From: Phaeosaccion multiseriatum | Taxonomy: Eukaryota > Protista > Ochrophyta, other classes | Assembly (NCBI GenBank): GCA_965112735.1 | Contig: OZ218951.1 | Span: 2,666,001 to 2,730,000 of the forward strand | Length of the DNA stretch: 64,000 bases | Direction: 5' to 3' | Notes under the pieces: generated by a model | What the model was told of the DNA's origin: nothing | The model's database searches: none | What the model saw: the letters and a program-made list of their open reading frames with translations, nothing else | In this document: piece after piece, positions 48,203-59,968 of the stretch | Layout of the letters: each line of letters opens with the position of its first letter | How positions within the stretch are numbered: the first letter of the stretch is position 1 | Made by a program: the position numbers and the translations under genes

Positions 48203-49237
48203 TCAGTGCTGGCAGTTGCAGGGATGACCATTGGCATGTATCCAACGCTTTATCTCCTGCAAGTGGTTCTCGTTCCGCCCGAAGCCATGCGTTCCTGGGC
48301 AGCAGTAGCGGTCCCATGGACACATGACGTTCTCGGATCGTAGCCACTGCAGTGTGGGCAGACTTTTGGCCACCGAAACGGCAAGCATGCAAACTTGGGG
48401 TTCCCAACTACACAAGTTGCGTACGTTTTCATGCAGCCAGCGCAACGACTCCAGGTTCCCGCTCATCGCAGCCCCGTGTGCCCCCGACCGCCAACCACTC
48501 CCTTCCGGTGCCCATTGCAGACGCACTCTGACCTTGGGCTGACTCAAAACCGTGTGGAGTACCTCTACCCGGCCAAGGTTCACGGGCTCCAGCCATATGG
48601 TTTCATTAAAGGGGGCGTTTGCCTCATCCGACAGCAGCCACGTGAGCATGTCCCCGTCCCCTCTTACTGCCGCTTGGGTGCAAGTCCTCTCGTCCCACGG
48701 GCAGGGGCTCTTGCCAGGCGCTTCGGAACGCAGCCACTTGAGAATGCTTAGGCCGTGCTTGGCATTCCCGGCAGCGGCTTCACAAGTCCTCTCGTCCCAC
48801 GGACACGGGCTTTTGCCGGGCAGGTCGGAGCGGAGCCACTTGAGAATGCTCAGGCCGTGCTCGACATTCAAGGCAGCGGCTGCACACACTTGCTCGTCCC
48901 ATGGACAGCCGTGGCGATGGAAGGCCTCGCAGATGATCACATCTCCCCACAAGGCTGCAACTCTGAATGCATTAGTGGTCAGCGGACAGCCCTGCTGGAC
49001 GGCCCAGTTGAGGCACTCCATTGACCCGAGCACGCTGTGCCGAGGAGAGGTAATCAACGCGGGATAAGCAGCGCTGTACAGCCCCCTCCACTCCTTGCTC
49101 ACCCCAGCGACGAAGAGGTGGTGTCCCTTCCCAACAAAGCCCATCACCAGCTCCTCCAGAGCAAAGACCTTCTTGCGGCATTCCGTCTGCTGCTCCACCT
49201 GCTGCTGCTCCTGCTGCCGTGCACGATCCTCTACCAT
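48203..49237 (-). CDS. CPWD-type ankyrin-repeat protein (F-box-like N-terminus), single exon
   Basis: HLFVAGVSKEWR N-terminal motif, repeated CPWDERTC..AA...HGLSILKWLR units including two tandem 34-aa copies, and a C-terminal WIHANGHPC. Confidence 0.85.
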   Translation of the reverse strand: MVEDRARQQEQQQVEQQTECRKKVFALEELVMGFVGKGHHLFVAGVSKEWRGLYSAAYPALITSPRHSVLGSMECLNWAVQQGCPLTTNAFRVAALWGDVIICEAFHRHGCPWDEQVCAAAALNVEHGLSILKWLRSDLPGKSPCPWDERTCEAAAGNAKHGLSILKWLRSEAPGKSPCPWDERTCTQAAVRGDGDMLTWLLSDEANAPFNETIWLEPVNLGRVEVLHTVLSQPKVRVRLQWAPEGSGWRSGAHGAAMSGNLESLRWLHENVRNLCSWEPQVCMLAVSVAKSLPTLQWLRSENVMCPWDRYCCPGTHGFGRNENHLQEIKRWIHANGHPCNCQH

Positions 49238-49432
49238 TGTACGTCAAGGTGTTCAAGCAGATGCAAGCCCGGCGCCGACTCCAGACTACAGACGCGACGC
49301 TCGAGAACCAACTTTCACCCCACACCCCGCGAACTTAAATTTATGTAACCGCCAGGAGAGCCTCCACCTTTCCTTACAACAAAAAGGATGCTGCGGTGAG
49401 TAGGAGGAGGAGTGAAGGCGTCTGACGACGAC

Positions 49433-51116
49433 ATGGAGCACACAGTCACGGCGGCGAAGGTTGGAGGCGCCACCATCGGCAGCAGCGGCGGCATGCGGGG
49501 CAAGGGTTTGATGATGCCTGGGGCGACGGCTGGGGCACTGTCAGCGACCATGCCCAATCCACCTGGACGCAGCCCGCTGAAGATGCGACAGCCGCAGAAG
49601 GGGGCTACACTTCAGCTTCCCCAGACTCAGCAGACTATGGGGCTCGGTCAGAGCCAGGTTCAGCAGCAGGCAAAGACGCCGTCGCTGGAGCGCATCATAC
49701 TTCTCTTTAGTGACAGAGACACATCGTGCCTGCTGGATCGTCAGGTAGTTGTGCTGAGGCAGCTCTGCAGAGAAAAGGCCCTAGGCTTCCGCATACGAGA
49801 CTTGCGCGAAGTGGAGCACCTCCTACCTCTCGTGGCGAGCAAACTCGACGAGGCGGCACTGGAGAATGCAAAAGCAACGGCGGCACAGGACGGAGGAGAA
49901 GAAGACGAGCCCCAGCAGCAGTACAAGCACCAGCAGCACGGCGCACATGACTTCCTTAAGCCCTTGCTGGAGCTGATCCGCATCTGCGCATTGCCCCCAG
50001 TCACAGAGAAGTCCAATGAAGACCTCACAGAGGAAGGTCTCCTTGCCCTTCAGTCGCTGTACGGAGGCGTGGGCGTCCTTCTCGCCTGCCCTCACCCTCC
50101 CGTGCAGGCGGCTGCCTCGGAGACCCTTCGCCTCATCGCCGCTGGGGTTGGGGCAGTGCGCTCCAACGAGCCTGAGATGCACGACGTCCCCGGAGTGGGC
50201 CCCGTGGCGGAAGACATGCGACCGGTGCCGAAGTCTCTGCAGAAGCTGCTGCTGCTGCGAGCCGGCGTACCCCATATGGTGGTGCAGCAGCTTGAGGCTA
50301 CGCTAGCACGACTGGCAGTCGTTCTCGACGGCATTCACGGCGGGGCCGGTGCTGCTGCTGCACAGGAGGAGGAAGGGGGTGGTGGTGGGATTCTCCTCCT
50401 CGGTGGTGGTGCAGAGGAAGGAGGAGAGGTGGGAGGCGGTGCCATGCGTAGAAGCAGCAATGGCAGCAACGTGATGGACCACCGCTCCGTGTCCTCAACC
50501 TCGTCCACCTCCACGACGAGCCCCGCCATGCTCCACATTGCAGCCCTGCGCGAAGAGGAGGCCTCGGCCCGTAAGACTCTTCTGGTGACGGTGAAGCTCC
50601 TCACCGAGCTCTCTGCCAACGCCATGGTCTCTGCAGTGCTGGTGGGGGCGGGCACACTGGAACTGGTAATTGAGGTGCTGCGCGTGGCCACCGGTGTCAA
50701 GGACGAGCTCCTACCGCCCGCCCTTGAGTTTCTATGGAACAGCGTGGAGCACAGCCACGAGGCTATGAAGAACGGCCCGGCGGCTACCTCTCGATCGGCG
50801 CTCATCGCCAAGGCCAGAAAGACCAATGCATCCTTCTCGCTGGCCACGGAGGATGCTATTGGCACGCTCAAGGACCTGCTGGAGGACTTGTTGCACTGCG
50901 GCTTTCGACAGCAGGACAAGTCGTTGAGGAACGAAGTTATCATCGTGTCTAGCATGATTGCAAGAGACACGCGTTCGCATGTACTCTTTCGCACTTCGGG
51001 CATGCTTGGCTTGCTCATTCGCTATGCAACGGCTGTGGAGACCGGGCTGGTGGATGGGGATATGACCATGGGGGAGAGTGGCGGTGGCGGCGGTGGGGGG
51101 GGGGGGACAGCAACAA

Positions 51117-51158
<42 letters not shown>

Positions 51159-54100
51159 GGGCAGAGCGCGCGAGGAAAGTGAGCAATTGCAGCAGCAGCA
51201 GCAGAAACGGCACTGGCAACAGCTACGGGGGTGGGAGCTTTGATGGCAACAATTGCACCGGCGCTGGCAGTCAACGTGTTGCTGATGCTGATGCTGATGA
51301 TCTTGATGATGATAACGGGTATGATGATGAAGGGTACGACGGTTACGGGTATGGATACACCCCTCTCGCCGACCCGCGGAACTTTGCTACCATCTGCAGG
51401 GAAGACTTGGAGCTCCGACGGCTATTGTGGGCCCTCATTGCCGATCTAGCTCGGATAGACCAGGCCAACCTCGCCCTTGTGCAGGAGAGTCGAGTGGTGG
51501 AGGTTTTGCTCATGTATGTGGACCTGGTGATGGAGCAGTCGCCAGGCATGGCGTACACCAACCCGGGCATCAACCGAGGCTTGAGTCTGGCCTCGACCTC
51601 GCTCTTTCAGGGGACGGGGAGGTTGGGGGCGACAGCGGGGGGCACGGCAGCAGCAGGAGGAGGAGGGGGAGTGAGGGAGAGCACCTTGTCGAGTGACGTC
51701 AGCCTTTGTGCTGGCGGTGCTGCTCCAAGCGGGGAGCCGTATGAAGAGGAGGGCAACTTACAGATGACAGACATCTTCGAGGAGACACGTGGAGGAGGAG
51801 GGAGAGGGGGAGGAGGGGGGGGGGGGGGGGACATCGCCCAGCTCTACGTCCCCGCTGCCATGGCTCGGCTGCCCCTGACATCGCTCAAGGTGATGCAGCA
51901 GCAGGCCCTGTGGGCGCTCCTCGCCCTCGCCCCGAGGCTGCCCTCCCGGCTCCAGGCCTTGGGTGGGCACATCATCACCCTCCACTTCATGGAGCGGTGC
52001 GGGACGAACAGTGAGGACAAGCAGCTGCTCGAAGCGAGTATGATGTTGCTGGCCACACTGGCCGGCTTGGCAGGGCCTCAGGCAGAGCTCGGGCAGATGG
52101 GGGCAGTGAGCATTATGCTCAAGCGCTTCTCCGAGAGTGACAATCACTCACAGAGTCACTCTCGCCATCTGTCGGCCGATACGGTGTCCATCTTGGCGCA
52201 GCTTTGCGGCGGGAGTGAAGCGAATCAAACGGCCTTTCGCCGCGCGGGTGGGATTGGTATCATGGTGGCGGCGATTGCCGACTATTGCCACACGCGCACC
52301 TCGCAGATTAGGGAGGAAAGGAACAACACTGCGCACAGCTCCGGTGGTGGTGGGGGCGGCGGCGGCGGTGGGGGTGGCGGGCAAGGGGGCGGGGTGGGCG
52401 ACGATGGAGGAGGAGGAGGAGGAGGAGGAGGAGGAGGAGGAGGAGGAGGAGGAGGGGGGGGGGGGGAGGGACAGCAGGCTTGCCGGTACTGGGAAGCGTT
52501 GGGTCCTCGGTACCTGATACGGTGGACGTGCTGACAGTACATGCCGTGAATTGTCTGTGGGTGAGCGTGGTGGGCAACAAACGCAGCGAGGCCAGGCTGC
52601 TCGCAGGGGAAGGCCTCGATACTCTCCTCGACTTGCTGGAGATTTGTCCAACGTGCATGCGACATCAAATCGCCGGTTGCTTGGGTGACTTACTGCAGAA
52701 CCCCAAGGCTATCCCATACGCCCATGCATGGAGGAGCGATTGTGACATGTTGACGGTGGCGCAGCTCATGATGCGGCTTTGGATTATGGATGAGCATCGA
52801 ATGGGGCTGGCCAGGCCGGATGGGGTGTTGCAGAACATGTGGCAGCCATTGGGGAGGCATGACCTCGGCGTTAGTGAGGGTGGTGTAGCAAGTGGTGGTG
52901 GTGGTGGTGGTGGTGGTGGTGGTGGTGGTGGTGCTGTTAGTGGTGGGCAAGAGCACGGAGGAGGGGGAGGAGGGGGAGCCGCTGGGGGTGGGGGGGCAGG
53001 AGGAGGAGGAGGGGGAGCAGCACTCACGGACTACTCCTACAGCAACAGCACCGCCACCAGCACAGACTCGCTCCTTCTTGGGCCGTCTATGGCGGCGGCC
53101 GCGAGGACAAACACAAGTACCCCAGGGGGGGGTGAGGAGGGAGGAGGAGCAAGGGCAGGAGGGGGAGAAGGAGTACAAGGCATCCTATCGGGGGCGACGG
53201 GGAAGATGACGCTCTCGGGGGGAGGAGGAGCCCCCCCGGGGGAGGACATGGACAGCAAAGCCTTCGCGAGACTGGCGTCGGCCCTTGCGGTCGGGAGAAA
53301 GAGGCCTTCAGGAGGGGGGGGGGAGGATGGAGACGGTGCGGGCGGGGAGGGGGGGGGCGGAAAGGGCTCCAACAAGGTGGACAAGGCGGTGAGTGGACTC
53401 GATTTGCGCAGCAAGATTGCCGTCATCATGCGTCAAGTGGGTTACGAGGAGCGGAGCACGCTGCAAGGGTTGCAACCCGCCGAGCTCTCTGCGCTGTACA
53501 TGTGTATGTGCTACCTTGACTTTAGAGAAGCCGAGGCGTGGGGAGAGATCAAAAAGCATCTCGAGACGCAGGTGAGTGAGTGAGTGAGGGAGGGAGGGAG
53601 GGAGGGCGTGGGTGCGTGGGTGGGTGGGTGGAGGGTGTGGGGTGGACTTGGTGGGCTTGGTGGATATGGTGGGTGGGTGAGTGGTGAGTGGGAGTCCGTG
53701 GGTGTGCATGGGTGGGTGGGCGAGTGGGTGTGTGTGGTTGGGTACGGTTGGGTAGGCGGGGAGAGTGGGTAGGTTGTGTGAGTGAGGTGGGTGGGTAGGT
53801 GGTTGGGGTGGGTCGTGTGGATGGGAGGTGTGGGGGCCACCACCCTCCCTCCATCCCTCTCTCTGAAAAACCTTTCCTCTCTTGCTCTCTGCTCACTCGC
53901 TCACTTACCCCCTTGCTTCGCTCGCCCCTTCTCACTGAATCCCAGGGTCTCACTCCGATCGCTCCCGACCACGGCGTAATCGAGGGTAAGCTGGAGGCTG
54001 CCTTCAACAAGGCCCTCAGCGTCAAGTGCCGTCAGATGGCTTTCCTCAAACAACGTGCAGAGAAGGCGGGCGTTGCCGAAGAGAGCTTCTTTGCTTCCAT

Positions 54101-54311
54101 CCGCCACCAGAGAGACCAAGAGATCCGTCAGGCCGTCATCAAAAGGAACGCCCTCATGCCCGGGACAATGAAGAAGAAGAAGGCTGCGAAGGCGGCCGCC
54201 AAAGAGATGGTTGCCAAAAGCGATGGCCAGGCAGGCGACGGGGAGGAAGAGACCCACAACACTCCTGCTGTTGGTGCGCCTGCTGCCGAGAGCAGTGGTG
54301 GTGGTGACTGA
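49433..54311 (+). CDS. CFAP69: Cilia- and flagella-associated protein 69 (ARM-repeat); one frameshift at poly-G 52454-52466
   Basis: LFSDRDTSCLLDRQ, ICALPPVTEKSNED, GFRQQDKSLRNE, AVNCLWVSVVGNKRSEARLLAGEGLDTLLDLLE, YLDFREAEAWGEI and GLTPIAPD recognised as CFAP69-like. Intron about 53572-53945. Confidence 0.8.
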
Positions 54312-54499
54312 TGTTACGCTGAGAGCCGATCGGAAGCGTGATGATGGCCTAGGGGGGGGTGGGGGGGGGAGCGCTGCGGAACTTACAAGCACTGCTGCTG
54401 CAAACCAAACATGTACACACTACATTAGTTTTTTATACAGTAATAAAAAACCAAAACAAATACAAAAAAAACTGGTGCATACTGTGTCGAGAGCCGCGT

Positions 54500-55190
54500 G
54501 ACTCTCTACCCATGGAACAAGTGCTCAGGCTCCAATTATGCAATTATGCACACATCACGAGCGGCGTTTGCATGCAGCCAGCGTAGCACCTCCAACTTTC
54601 CCGTCCGCTAATCGCTGTCGTCTTCATGTACCGCTACCAGCTGAGGCCTGACCTTGGGGGTGAGTCACAAGCATTTCCAGCAGATGGATACGTCCCTCTA
54701 GCGTAGAACCAGCAGCCCAAGTCACGTGGTAAAATGGGGCGCTCGCCTCATCCGACAGCAGCCACGCTAGCATGTCCACGTCTCCTTCTTTAACCGCAGA
54801 AAAATAAGTCTTGTCGTCCCACGGACACGGACTTTTGTCGGGCAGGTTGGACCGGAGCTCCATGAGAATGCTCAGGCCGAGCTTGGTATTCCGCGCAGCA
54901 GCTCTACACACTTTCTCATCCCATGGATAGCCACGGCGATGGAAGGCCTCGCCAGATGCTCATATCTCCCCGTTCTGCTGCTCCTACAAATGTGTCGACT
55001 TCCCAGTTGAGGCAGTCCAGAGAAAGGATGTTGAGACGAAAAGAGGTCTCTAACACAAGATGAGCGATGCTGTACAGTATTCTCCAGACCTTGCTCACCC
55101 CAGCGACGAAGATATGATGCCGCTTCCCCACATCACCTTCAGCAGCTGTCCAATAATTTGCTCCGTCTCTTCTTTCGGGTAGTAGCCGCA
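54500..55190 (-). pseudogene. Decayed paralogue of the 48203-49237 ankyrin gene
   Basis: VGKRHHIFVAGVSKVWRILYS, then LGLSILMELRSNLPDKSPCPWDDKT...GDVDMLAWLLSDEASAPF, then LRWLHAN. These fragments are split across frames with stops. Confidence 0.8.
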
Positions 55191-55934
55191 ACCACTTCTT
55201 CTATTCCCTTTTGTGTTACGATGTCTACGATGTCTAGCGTCCTCGAGGGGCAGTGTGGACGTAAGCCGTTCCCTTTCATATCAGTCTTCTTCCTCTCAAA
55301 CAACTTTCTCCAAACGTGTTTCCGGTGGTCTATCCGTCTTCAAGCACACGAGGGGACAAGGCAGGATGGAACACGGAAGCACCTTTGGAGGGTTGGTTCG
55401 AAATGAGCGTAGAGAATGTGTTTGTTTGGACAAGAGTATTATAAAAGGGGGAGAAAGCGCACAGAATGATTGACAGATTCGACGCTGTACCACCAACCCT
55501 CCTACCAGATCCCGAGGGGGGTTCCTTTAGGCGATACGCCCTCCTGCACCAACCACCTCAGGCGAGAGTACAAGCAGCAGCGACGACAGCGCAAGGAACA
55601 TCGCCAAGTGCTCAGGTATGTCGTGCGTGTGAACTGCAGACCTGGCAAGAACATGGTTTCTGAGGATGTGCAGGGAAGAGCGGCGGCGTGCGTATGCTTC
55701 CTTCCTCGCCCCTCAACGCTCTCTTTCTCTATTCCCTCTATTCAATCGCCCTACCTCTGAGTGAAGAACGGTCGGTTGCCATGTTTGCATGATTTAGCTA
55801 CTTCCTCTGAGTCTGACGCTCTCTTTCCGCGCCCGCATCCCCCCATGACTCTTCGTGACTCTTCGCAGCGTCTGGGGAAGGTGGTTTTAGCAGTTGAGGA
55901 GAGGGACCCACCGCGAAACAGTAGCGGCTGCCAA

Positions 55935-56747
55935 ATGAGAAGATCCACCCCATCCGCCTGGCTCAGCGCTGCAGTGGCATGCAGCGCCCTGCTCATCTCC
56001 TCCTCCCCTGCCTCCTCCTTCATGCTCCAGTCACCCCCCCTCGGTTCAACGATTACCATGACTAGATCAAAGGCAGGGGGGCTTGCACCCGCAGTCTCGT
56101 CATCACTAGAGTCAAGGAGAGTCGGTAGGGGCAGCGTGCGCATCTTTATGGCAGAGGGTGAGGGAGAGAAGGGGGAAGAGAAGGAGGACGACGGCTGGGG
56201 GGGGGGGGGTGGCAGCTCAACGTCAGCCCCGACAGCCCCAGCAGGGGCGCCAGAAGCCCCAACCATAGGGGCCAACCCGAAAATCCGCCAGGACGTCCCG
56301 CAACTCGTGACTCAAGAGCTGGGAATCACAGATGTCATTGAGGCGGTAGGAGACGAACCAAAGCAGAGGAGGATCAACGGTGTGCTGATTATCGGAGGAG
56401 GTGTGCCTATCATGGATCGAACAGGCTGGGAACCGGCGGAGTTAACGCCGGAGGACCAGATCCCGGGCAAGATTGTGGTGGACGAGGAGACGCTGAGGAA
56501 GCAGCAGAAGGACCTGGAGGCGTATGCCCAGGAGCTGCGTGCAGAGCGCATGGCAGTAGACGCCGTCAATAACCAGCTCTTTGGCTTTTGCAAGCAGGCG
56601 GAGGTTATCAACGGGAGAATGGCCATGTTCTTCATCGTGGTCGGGTTACTGACGGAGCTTTGGACTGGAGAGAGCTTCCCCCAGCAGGTGGAGACGCTGG
56701 GCAGAGTGCTCGGTTTGATTCCCCTCGACTACGACGGCATGTTCTGA
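55935..56747 (+). CDS. OHP2: One-helix LHC-like protein 2, plastid-targeted
   Basis: Signal peptide ending ASS|FML (ASAFAP-like), then C-terminal QQKDLEAYAQELR...FGFCKQAEVINGRMAMFFIVVGLLTELWTGESFPQQV (single LHC helix with ExxNGRxAM plus OHP2-type tail). Confidence 0.85.
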   Translation: MRRSTPSAWLSAAVACSALLISSSPASSFMLQSPPLGSTITMTRSKAGGLAPAVSSSLESRRVGRGSVRIFMAEGEGEKGEEKEDDGWGGGGGSSTSAPTAPAGAPEAPTIGANPKIRQDVPQLVTQELGITDVIEAVGDEPKQRRINGVLIIGGGVPIMDRTGWEPAELTPEDQIPGKIVVDEETLRKQQKDLEAYAQELRAERMAVDAVNNQLFGFCKQAEVINGRMAMFFIVVGLLTELWTGESFPQQVETLGRVLGLIPLDYDGMF

Positions 56748-57256
56748 GCACCGAAACCCCAAGTTCAAACATCAGCTAGCTGTGCTTCTTTCCAACACAC
56801 GCAAACACGAATATATATATATTGTATTTATACGTACGGCGGGGCGAGGGGCGAGGGCGGGGGGAGCTGGGGGAGTAGCTGGTTGACTCCTTCGTCCCCA
56901 TCTTCAAGGAGAGAAAAGGGGAGGGGGAGCAGAGGAAGGAAGACAACAAGGCTGACCAGCCTTTCTTCTTCTTCTTCTTCTTCTTCTTCTTCGTCCCACA
57001 TTTAGAGCACGCCAAACAACAAGACAATGGGATAACATGCTAAAGCAGCCACGCAGGCAACCGCCTTATCCCTCATCCACTTTCATGATAGAGACAATTT
57101 TTATATGTAATTTTGATGTTTTTCCCCCTCAACTCTTCCCTTACCCTTCTGTCCTTTAGTGTTACGTTAGACAGACAGAGAGAGAGAGCGGATGACAAGA
57201 GGGTAAAGAAACACCCGGCAACGAGAAACCGTCGCCTTTCTCGAGGGCTTATTTAT

Positions 57257-57989
57257 TTACCTTCCTCCTCTCCCTCCTCCTCGACCCCCTCCCCGGCCCC
57301 CTCCTCGCCCCCCTCCTCTCCCCCCACCCCTCCCCCCACCCCTTCCTCCTCCCCTCCCTCCTCCCCTCCCACCCCCTCTCCCTCTCGCTGCCATCTTCGC
57401 CCGAAGTTGTTCCTGTGCCTCGATCGACTTTTTGCCTCCGTCCGCCTCTCTACCTCGCCCGGAACTGTCCCTCCAACCTCCAATGGGCACCACGTGGGAC
57501 CTCGTCGCTGCCTTTCGCTGTATCGGGTTCGAGGTGTGCTTGTTGCCTCTGTCCCTGCCCTTCCTACCCAGCATTGGGGCAAGCTTCCCCCCTACTTGGT
57601 AGTCGCGTCGATGGCTGGACAGGCCGTCCAGAGGCTGTCCCTTGCGAACGGCCTTGAAAGACAAAAGGGCCATGTGGGTGGGGGGTGGAGGTCCGAGGGT
57701 TAGGGAGGGTTGGAGGGAGGAAACGGAGGGGACGAGCGAGCGATCCACTCACTCACCCACTCACTCACTCAGTCACTCTCTCAATCACTCACTCCACTCA
57801 TTGACGCACCCTCTCACACCCTCGCTTGCTCACTCACTCACCCACTCACTCATCCACTCACCCACTCACTCAACCACTCCCTCACTCACCGATTCCACGG
57901 CCATCGCGAGAACAACGTCCCTCTTGGTGACGAGTGATGTCACTCGGCCTGTGGCCCCCATTCGCGCCGTCCTTCCCGAGCGGTGCAGA

Positions 57990-58068
<79 letters not shown>

Positions 58069-59927
58069 TGGGGTGGGGGAGGATAGCGTGAGAGACGAGG
58101 CGGACAAGAAGAAAGAGAAGAGGGAACGGCGTGAGCGACCGACGACACGAACGAGCGAAAGGGTCGATAGAGACAAAGGACTAGTAGATAGCGACAAAGG
58201 AATAAAAATCACAATCCGTGGGGTTGAGGGGGAAAGGACAAGCCATCTTATCTATCCACTTAGGGACTAATTAATAGTGCTACTCACAATCGATGGGGTT
58301 GAGGGGGAAGTCGAACATGATGATGTTATCAACGTCGGGCATGTCCAGGCCTCGAGCGGCAATGTCGGTGCACACCAGGAACGGAAACTTCACTTCGTCC
58401 TTGAATTTCTGGAGAGTGGTGCAACAAAACAACAACAGCAACAGCAAAAACAAAACAAAAGTAAGAAAAGAGCGAAGGTAGGGAGTGCTCCCCCTCCCAC
58501 CCCCTCTTTCTCTCTCTCACTATACACACACACAAAGTCGAGATCTTCCCTCCCCCCCCCCCCCCCCCCCCCGCCCTCTCTCTTTCTCCACACACCCCAA
58601 GTCCTCGAGGTGCGTGTGTATGCAGCGAGGATGGGGCTTCACCGAGGTGCATGATTGAAGGGCTTCACTTCACTGACCTCCAGGTTAGCGGATCGGACTT
58701 CGCTTGGCACCTCTCCGTGGTAGGCGAGGATGGGCATGTCAGCCTCTCGGATTGCATGCTCCACAGCCTAAGGCAACGGGAGGGGGAGGGAGGACGGGGC
58801 GAGAGGAAGGGCAAAGGGAAGGAAGGGGGGGGGGAAGCAGTGCAAGCAGCAGGAGTAGCAGAAGGATCAGAAGGAGCAGTAGAGGGAGAGCAGAAAGGAG
58901 CAGCAGAAGGAGAGGAGACACGGAGGAACGCGGCAGAGGGAATTGTCAGTAAAGGAGCGCGAGCGGATGGGACAGTATCGTCTACATACCGCACACTCAC
59001 CCACTCACTCGCTCACCCACCCAACCATCCACTCACCCACTCACTCCACTCACCCCCTCACTCACTCACTCACTCACTCACGCAACCACTCCCTCCCTCC
59101 CTCCCTCCCTCACTCCCTCACCTGGCAGCTCTTGACCGTGTTGCAAAAGATCATGGTCTTCTTGCCCGTTACAGCCTTCGGGTTGTACTTGGTTTGACTG
59201 ACCACATCGAACAGCATGGACACCTTGTCCCTGCCCTTGGTCTCCATCATGACGTGTTGCATGGACGGGGTGGTGCAGTGCAGTCCACGCGTCTCCACCA
59301 CACGCACCTTTGTGGGGGGAGGGCGGGAGGGAGGGAGGGGTGGGGACGGAAGAGAGAGGGAGGAAGGGAGGGGAAGGAGTTTGGTTCGATTAGAGCTTAA
59401 CACGTACAGATCAGTAATCATTGGTTTTTACGCAGCGTCTATTAAACTGGAGCTGGAGCGAGAACTGAAACCACCCACCACTCCACACACCCACCCACAC
59501 CCATTGACTAACTCCCCCACCTTGCCAAAGTCTCCCTCCTCGAGGAGTTTCTTGACGGCGTTGGTGAGCGTGGCCGTTACAAAGACGAATTGCACCTGCT
59601 CTCCGCGCTTCTTCGCGGCCGCTTGTATGGGGCCCAGCAGCTTGCGGAGGTCGGGACCAAAGCCCTGGTAGTGGTGGTGGTGGTGGTGGTGGTGGTGGTG
59701 TTGGAGTGATGGGTGTGGGTGGGGTGGATGGGGTGTGAAAGGTGGTAAGTCGTTATGGCAAGTCCGTCGGGTCGGTGCATTGAGTGAGCATGCAAAAAGT
59801 CAGAGGAAGTCAACACCTAACATTACGTATGTCCACAACGTACGTCCACACACTGGTCAGTGAATTGTAGTCTATGAGCGGTCATCCCTTGGGAGGTCCT
59901 CATAAGGTTTTTCTCTTCATCCCAGCA

Positions 59928-59968
<41 letters not shown>

